Part shown: positions 8,180 to 12,380 of the stretch, in pieces | Position numbering within the stretch: the stretch's first letter is position 1 | How the letters are laid out: every line of letters begins with the position of its first letter | Assembly (NCBI GenBank): GCA_018260615.1 | Contig: JAGWDQ010000026.1 | Coordinates: 1 to 12,380 of the forward strand | Direction of reading: 5' to 3' | DNA length: 12,380 nucleotides | Source: Candidatus Altarchaeum sp. | GTDB lineage: Archaea; Altiarchaeota; Altiarchaeia; Altiarchaeales; Altiarchaeaceae | Position numbers and translations under genes: made by a program | The notes under the pieces: generated by a model | Told to the model about the DNA's origin: nothing | Database searches by the model: none | The model's input: only the letters and a program-made list of their open reading frames with translations

Positions 8180-8536
8180 AGTTCGTTTCACCCTCATTTT
8201 TAAATCGCAGAGATTTGAAAATCTCCGAACGAAGTGAGGTGAAGATTTAAAAATTTCCGAGCAATATCAAAAATGCTTCAAGCATTTTCAAATCGTAGAG
8301 ATTTGAAAATCTCCGAACGAAGTGAGGTGATTTTTGAATATCCCAAAAATCCTGTAGATTTTTGCGATAGTAAAAATGCTTCAAGCATTTTTAGTATCCT
8401 AAAAACCTTGAAGGTTTTTACGACAGCGAGGTGATTTAAAAATCTTATAAATTTTAAAGATTGAAAACTCATATTTTCAGTATTTAAAAATCCTGTGGAT
8501 TTTTAAAGATTGAAAATCTTGCAGATTTTCAGTATA
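8180..8536. repeat. Nested cluster of palindromic repeats (REP/BIME-like mosaic)
   Basis: Two 46-bp double-hairpin units (8196-8241, 8284-8329), a tandem ~56-bp two-hairpin unit (8268-8370 and 8371-8426), a split GAGC..GCGA module (8244-8263 + 8423-8437), and tandem A-tract units (8434-8481, 8482-8532). Confidence 0.9.
8284..8329 (+). mobile_element. 46-bp double-hairpin unit inserted into a pre-existing hairpin
   Basis: Flanked by ATTTT at 8284-8288 and 8330-8334. Removing 46 bp restores the perfect stem tcaaaaatgct-tca-agcatttttga, whose intact sister is at 8371-8393. Confidence 0.75.
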
Positions 8537-8553
8537 TTTTTAATAAACTAAAA

Positions 8554-8835
8554 ATGGTAAAAAGTTATAACCAAAGGATTAAAGGAATTTTAGTATATTC
8601 TGTCTTACTTGCAATAATCACCTTAATATACTTTTATTTTGGGAAATTTTGGGAATTTATGTCAAAAATTTCATTTTTAAATGTAAATATTGTTATTCCC
8701 GTAACAAATTTTGTAAATTTAAACGGCAAGGAAATAATAATTGCAGGACTATTATCCGCAGGACTTATAATAGGAATAATTTTACTTTACTTAATAGGAA
8801 ATCAAATTTTAAAACTATTAGAGAAACAAAAATAA
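8554..8835 (+). CDS. Small 2-TM membrane protein, unknown function
   Basis: 93 aa, aaaATG start, two hydrophobic segments, positive C-tail. Confidence 0.7.
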   Translation: MVKSYNQRIKGILVYSVLLAIITLIYFYFGKFWEFMSKISFLNVNIVIPVTNFVNLNGKEIIIAGLLSAGLIIGIILLYLIGNQILKLLEKQK

Positions 8836-8845
8836 AAAAAATAAG

Positions 8846-9040
8846 ATGAAAATAACCGTTGAAATTGGCGATAAAAATGCTAAATTAATAGGAAAATTTT
8901 TGTTTGCATTAGGGGGATTTTTTGTTTTGATGGCATTAATGTCGGTAGCAACAACATCACTTATATTTCCTTCCCTCATTCTTAGCGTATTGGGAGGAAT
9001 ACTGCTGCTTTCGGGACTTTTTCTGATGATGAAACATTAG
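8846..9040 (+). CDS. Small 2-TM membrane protein, unknown function
   Basis: 64 aa, 10 bp after the previous stop, two hydrophobic segments. Confidence 0.65.
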   Translation: MKITVEIGDKNAKLIGKFLFALGGFFVLMALMSVATTSLIFPSLILSVLGGILLLSGLFLMMKH

Positions 9041-9156
9041 AGGGGTTTTGTGAATAATTGGTTCCAGGTTAAATTTTAGCTGTTTTATTTAATTCTTTTA
9101 AAATTTCATGATTCAGAGTATAATTTTTAATATATAATTTGGTAAAATTTAGCAAA

Positions 9157-10158
9157 ATGGCAATAGAACAGGCAATAGGTGCAATAGGACTTGGATTGTT
9201 CCAGCTTGTAGTTGGATTGATATTAGCAATAGCATGTATATATGTCGGATTTAGTTTGTTTGATAAAATATTAAAAGAAATTGATCTGCAGGAAGAGTTA
9301 AAGAGAGGAAATATCGCAATTGGAATTGTAACTGTGGCAATAATGATAACACTTGCAGGAATAATTAGCGGAGGTGTTAGCGGAATTACATCTGGCATAT
9401 CCAATATATCGGGGATGAATGTTGCGGATATACTTGTTAAAGTCGTTGTCCCCGGAATTGTACAGCTGATCATAGGAGTTGTGCTTGCAGTGGCGGCAAT
9501 TTATATGGCATTTAAGATTTGGGGCAAGATAACTGCAAAAATAGAAGAAACCGACGAACTAAAAAAGAATAATGTTGCAATTGGTATTGTTATGGCAGGT
9601 GTATTAATAGCAGTCGGATTTGTTATTCAGAGAGCAATAGGTGGAATTGGAGCGGCTATTACAACATTGTCGGTTGTTGGGATAGTGCTTGGATTACTTC
9701 AACTCGCAATCGGATTAATATTGGCAATGGCATGCATATATCTTGGATTTAGTTTGTTTAATAAAATACTGACAGAAATTGATTTACAGGATGAATTAAA
9801 CAAAGGAAACACCGCAGTTGGAATTGTATCCGCAGCAATAATGATAACATTGGCAGAAGTGATTGGAAGTGCTGTTAGTGGCATTACATCAGGACTGTTG
9901 GGAAAAGAGATGAATTTTATTGGTGCGATAGTCGGAGGTGTTGCTCAGTTAATAGTCGGAATCATATTTGCAGTTATTGCGATATACATAGCATTTAAGA
10001 TTTGGGATAAGATAACTGCAAAAATAGAAGAAGCGAGTGAATTAAAGAAGAATAATGTTGCAGTTGGCGTCGTTATGGCAGGCGTATTGATATCAGTCGG
10101 ATTTGTTATTCAGGGAGCAATCGGGGGAATCGGAGCAGGAATTGCAGCAGCATTTTAA
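9157..10158 (+). CDS. DUF350 (YjfL/UPF0719-like) membrane protein with four repeat units
   Basis: Four (D/E)..(E/D)EL(K/N)(R/K)(G/N)N.A(I/V)GIV motifs, each followed by hydrophobic helices. Two ~161-166 aa halves are visibly duplicated at DNA level (offset 498 then 483 bp). ATG at 9157 (aaaATG) preferred to the TTG at 9139. Confidence 0.85.
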   Translation: MAIEQAIGAIGLGLFQLVVGLILAIACIYVGFSLFDKILKEIDLQEELKRGNIAIGIVTVAIMITLAGIISGGVSGITSGISNISGMNVADILVKVVVPGIVQLIIGVVLAVAAIYMAFKIWGKITAKIEETDELKKNNVAIGIVMAGVLIAVGFVIQRAIGGIGAAITTLSVVGIVLGLLQLAIGLILAMACIYLGFSLFNKILTEIDLQDELNKGNTAVGIVSAAIMITLAEVIGSAVSGITSGLLGKEMNFIGAIVGGVAQLIVGIIFAVIAIYIAFKIWDKITAKIEEASELKKNNVAVGVVMAGVLISVGFVIQGAIGGIGAGIAAAF

Positions 10159-10188
10159 AAATCTCCGAACATCTGAGAGTTGATTTTA
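10157..10188 (+). repeat. Degenerate copy of the mini-hairpin module abutting the DUF350 stop
   Basis: aaaaatctccgaacatctgagagttgatttta versus consensus aaaatctccgaacgaagtgaggtgattt. Confidence 0.55.
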
Positions 10189-10197
10189 AAAGAATGC

Positions 10198-10302
10198 TCA
10201 CACAAAGCCACAAAGTCACCAAGTTATAGAATATAACTCCTTTGTGTCCCTGTGTCTTGGTGTGAGAGAACAATAAAACGAACTTTCCTGTGCGATAAAA
10301 AA
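10198..10302 (+). repeat. CACAAAG-arm palindromic repeat, copy B (uninterrupted)
   Basis: Arms tcacacaaagccacaaagtcaccaag / ctttgtgtccctgtgtcttggtgtga around a 16-nt spacer (10224-10239), then the tail shared with 3873-3902. Confidence 0.9.
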
Positions 10303-10358
10303 GTATATTTTATCCCCCTTATCTTTTTTGTAATTGTTTAGATAATTAAAATGTAATT

Positions 10359-10563
10359 CCTCACACGGAGACACAAAGAACTATGATATATATACTCTGT
10401 CACCTCACTTCGTTCGGAGATTTTCAAATCTCTGCGATTTGAAAATAAATTCGCTTCGCTCTCATTTTTTAAATCTCAAAGATTTAAAAAATCTCCGAGC
10501 AACAGCGAGATGATATTTTCAAAACTCTCCGTTTTGAAAATGGCTCTGTGACTTTGTGTGAGG
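10359..10563. repeat. CACAAAG-arm repeat, copy C, carrying a 149-bp cassette of hairpin modules
   Basis: 20-bp arms 10359-10378 and 10544-10563 (16/20 inverted match). CTCTGT is duplicated at 10395-10400 and 10544-10549. The insert contains a reverse 46-bp unit (10401-10446), a GAGCGAAGCGA module, and hairpins at 10466-10490 and 10516-10540. Confidence 0.85.
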
Positions 10564-10600
10564 TTTTTTTAAAAGACTGATAAAAACAAAAATTAGACAT

Positions 10601-10678
10601 AAAATTATTGTAACTACTCACAGGTTAACAAAATTTACCTGTAATTTTTTGGGAGGGTGAGTAGTTACAAATTATTTT
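10601..10678. repeat. MITE-like inverted repeat (TTGTAACTACTCAC / GTGAGTAGTTACAA)
   Basis: Perfect 14-bp inverted repeat at 10608-10621 and 10657-10670, extendable imperfectly to ~21 bp. Related partial copies at 10720-10741 and 97-106 (gagcagttac). Confidence 0.75.
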
Positions 10679-10794
10679 CTCTGTGCCTCTGTGGTGCTAA
10701 ACAAATACTCTTTTTTTATTTGTAACTCTCATACAGGTAATTCACAGAAGTAGGTTATATAACCCTGTATGATGAATTTATATATTATTTCTTT

Positions 10795-12060
10795 TCACAT
10801 CCCCACCTCTATCTTCACATTCAACCTGTTTTCCAATCTTTCCTTTATTTCAGAAATTTCTATTTGCAGATTTAGAATGCCTTTCTCAAATCGTTCCGCA
10901 TCTTTTTTATTTTGTTCAGTCCTTATGTTTATATCGGCAATGCATGTTTCGGTCCTTTTTATTTCATCCCTGACATCGTATCTCTTAATATCCTCATTAG
11001 TCCTTTTTTCCTTTTCCAAAATTTCTTTATACCTTTTCTTTTCCTCAACAATGACTGAAAAGTCCTTTTCATAAGTCAAAATTTTCTCCTGCTCGTCTTC
11101 GTTCAAACCGGCAGGCAGTTTCAGGAAATTTAATAGTTCATTGTCATCCCTTTCAAGGAAAATCTTCGGATTGTCTATATAAAGAGAAATTTCCATTATG
11201 TTATTTTTCCTCCTTATCTTTTTCAATATCCTGCCGGCTGAAGAAATTTTTGAATAAATGCTGCTTTCTATTCTGTCCTTCTCTGTTAGAATTTTACTTT
11301 GCTCATTCAGTGCATCATTCATTAATTTAAATTTTTCCGATTCTTCCAGTTCTTTCTGTCTTTCCTGATGCTCTTGCAGTTCTCTCTCAAAGTCAATTAA
11401 TGAATTTTTTATTTCCGCAGTCGCTTTCTTCTCGCTGATGAATGTATTAAATTTGTCATCAAGAATTTTGTGTTCTTCATATTGTTCAATATTCATTTTA
11501 TTTAAATCCATCGCATTATTAGCAAGTATTTTTAAATTTCTCCTGAAATTTTCCATCTGGGAATGTGCAGCAGCAACATATCTGCCGTATTGTATATCCG
11601 TCTCTCCGCAGGTATGTGCAATTTTAAAAATTAACGACTTTATTTCGGAAATATTTGCATCTTTGTCTATCTCCGTATTCAGCACATTTTCCATAATTTT
11701 GATGAACATATTCTTATTGCTCTGCACAATTCTTTCTGCTCTTTTATTTGGCATATTACTAATTTTTTCTATTCTAATTTCTTCAACAATGTTTTTCATA
11801 TTTTTCATAGACCTCATACATTCGTCAATTAATGGCATTGCTTTCTCTTTTGTTGCATTTTCATCTTTTTCCTGCTTTTTCTTTATAAAAGCATCCAAAT
11901 TTTTATACAAAATTTTCTCCCTGTCTGATTTTTCTAAATTTTCATTGTTTTTATTTGTTTGTTCTGCCTGTTGTTTTCCTGCGTGCCTTTCTTCCGTTTC
12001 TTTTCCTTTTCCAAAAATTTTACCCAAATCTCCCAAAATCTGTGTGAATTTACCGCTCAT
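10795..12060 (-). CDS. Uncharacterised predominantly alpha-helical / coiled-coil protein (421 aa)
   Basis: Long K/E-rich ORF with heptad character. ATG at 12060 (aacaaacATG, MSGKF...) preferred because the upstream extension to 12237 crosses a TATA box, the IS end and tnpB. No Walker A or other catalytic motif seen. Confidence 0.8.
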   Translation of the reverse strand: MSGKFTQILGDLGKIFGKGKETEERHAGKQQAEQTNKNNENLEKSDREKILYKNLDAFIKKKQEKDENATKEKAMPLIDECMRSMKNMKNIVEEIRIEKISNMPNKRAERIVQSNKNMFIKIMENVLNTEIDKDANISEIKSLIFKIAHTCGETDIQYGRYVAAAHSQMENFRRNLKILANNAMDLNKMNIEQYEEHKILDDKFNTFISEKKATAEIKNSLIDFERELQEHQERQKELEESEKFKLMNDALNEQSKILTEKDRIESSIYSKISSAGRILKKIRRKNNIMEISLYIDNPKIFLERDDNELLNFLKLPAGLNEDEQEKILTYEKDFSVIVEEKKRYKEILEKEKRTNEDIKRYDVRDEIKRTETCIADINIRTEQNKKDAERFEKGILNLQIEISEIKERLENRLNVKIEVGM

Positions 12061-12175
12061 GTTTGTTGCGTTTAATTTTAGTATTGTTAGATGCAATTTA
12101 TGTTGAATTATATAATTGGCAAAACCTACTTTGAGTGATTTCGCTTTCTTTTCAGAATGCGAATTTGTCAGATTT

Positions 12176-12380
12176 TCAATATACCTCCAATCTAACCGGA
12201 TGACACCCTGCACCCTGTATTCCATTTGCGAACGCATTTGGAAATGCTTTCTTTATTATGTTGTAAGCACCATTTAAAAATCCTTTGAGGATTTTTAAAT
12301 CTCCGAACGAAGTGAGGTGATTTACATCAGCATTTATGATTTTGCCCGATAATGTTTTAAACAATCCTCTGCAAATTCTC
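12176..12380 (-). CDS. tnpB: RNA-guided endonuclease TnpB (IS605 OrfB/IS1341-type), C-terminal fragment with a 16-aa in-frame insertion in RuvC-III; possibly inactive
   Basis: Minus frame from 12379 reads RICRGLFKTLSGKIINADVN[HLTSFGDLKILKGFLN]GAYNIIKKAFPNAFANGIQGAGCHPVRLEVY*. Without the bracket this is the familiar R..RGLF.S..G..INADVNGAYNI..K.FP.AF..GI.G...HP TnpB tail. Confidence 0.88.
   Translation of the reverse strand, partial: RICRGLFKTLSGKIINADVNHLTSFGDLKILKGFLNGAYNIIKKAFPNAFANGIQGAGCHPVRLEVY
12272..12319 (+). mobile_element. 48-bp double-hairpin unit inserted in tnpB
   Basis: Flanked by ATTTA at 12272-12276 and 12320-12324. Contains a 12-bp stem (12273-12299) and a 27-mer (12297-12323) identical to 8307-8333. 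Confidence 0.85.

Larger units (their letters stand above)
12131..12380 (-). mobile_element. IS200/IS605-family element, right end and tnpB 3' part (continues beyond window)
   Basis: tnpB C-terminus followed on the minus strand by the hairpin ttcgc-a-ttct-GAAA-agaa-a-gcgaa (plus 12140-12163), then atcactcaa. TCAC/TCAA are typical right-end tetranucleotides. The exact boundary (12131 or 12135) is inferred. Confidence 0.7.

Noticed and set aside
3770-8472. Short ORFs 3770-3973, 7898-8128 and 8278-8472
   Set aside because: They are translations of repeat mosaics or terminator DNA, with non-ATG or overlapping starts.
8260-8536. CRISPR array (repeated 21-27 bp palindromes)
   Set aside because: Repeats are of several different sequences, gaps are 3-10 bp or are themselves repeats, there are no unique 30-45 bp spacers, and no cas genes are present.
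10795-12060. SMC/Rad50/SbcC or PspA/ESCRT-III call for the coiled-coil protein
   Set aside because: No Walker A/B, signature or zinc-hook motif, and length and pattern do not fit PspA. Coiled-coil character alone is insufficient.
2484-12106. Other nested or antisense ORFs (e.g. 2484-2870, 4382-4822, 6026-6415, 6745-7062, 7505-7942, 9069-9473, 10769-11074, 11438-12106)
   Set aside because: Fully overlap well-supported genes and show no recognisable motifs.
12061-12237. N-terminal extension of the coiled-coil ORF to 480 aa (MRSQMEY...)
   Set aside because: It overlaps the tnpB C-terminus in another frame, the IS-end hairpin and a TATA box. Composition changes to typical coding sequence at MSGKF (12060).
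12265-12330. 48-nt insert as an archaeal bulge-helix-bulge intron in tnpB mRNA
   Set aside because: I tried each splice register within the UAAAU repeat. The required 4-bp central helix has at least one mismatch and the exon-exon helix is poor. A UGUAA..CACC/GGUG..UUACA pairing exists, but its geometry would not restore NADVNGAY.
12131-12380. This IS200/IS605 element as the proven mobiliser of the micro-element
   Set aside because: No tnpA is visible in the window, and the unit shares no sequence with the IS right-end hairpin. The link to HUH enzymes is analogy only.

Overview
Low-GC, AT-rich archaeal DNA. The evidence is an archaeal-type DnaG, an FmdE-family protein, TATA-like boxes and 'aaaATG' starts; an Altiarchaeota-like origin is plausible but is inference only. 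Genes in order: FmdE-family Zn-finger protein, a ribbon-helix-helix (RHH) protein with a long K/E-rich repeat tail, an MFS transporter, PmbA/TldE (-), DedA (-), dnaG, a 4-TM unknown, two small 2-TM proteins, a 4x DUF350 protein, a coiled-coil unknown (-), and the 3' end of an IS200/IS605 tnpB (-) with its probable right end. About 10% of the window is a mosaic of short palindromic repeat families that nest inside one another. The main discovery is a 46-48 bp double-hairpin unit: an A/T-tract stem-loop plus the mini-hairpin CC-GA-AC-GAA-GT-GA-GG. It appears to be independently mobile, because empty sites can be reconstructed at four places. (1) It sits in-frame inside the TnpB RuvC-III motif NADVN|GAYNI. 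(2) It splits a perfect hairpin at 8284. (3) It interrupts a repeat at 3819 whose unoccupied sister copy is at 10198. (4) It forms part of a 149-bp cassette flanked by a CTCTGT duplication. Stems show compensatory base changes between copies. A 16-bp tandem array directly upstream of the RHH gene is a second candidate system.
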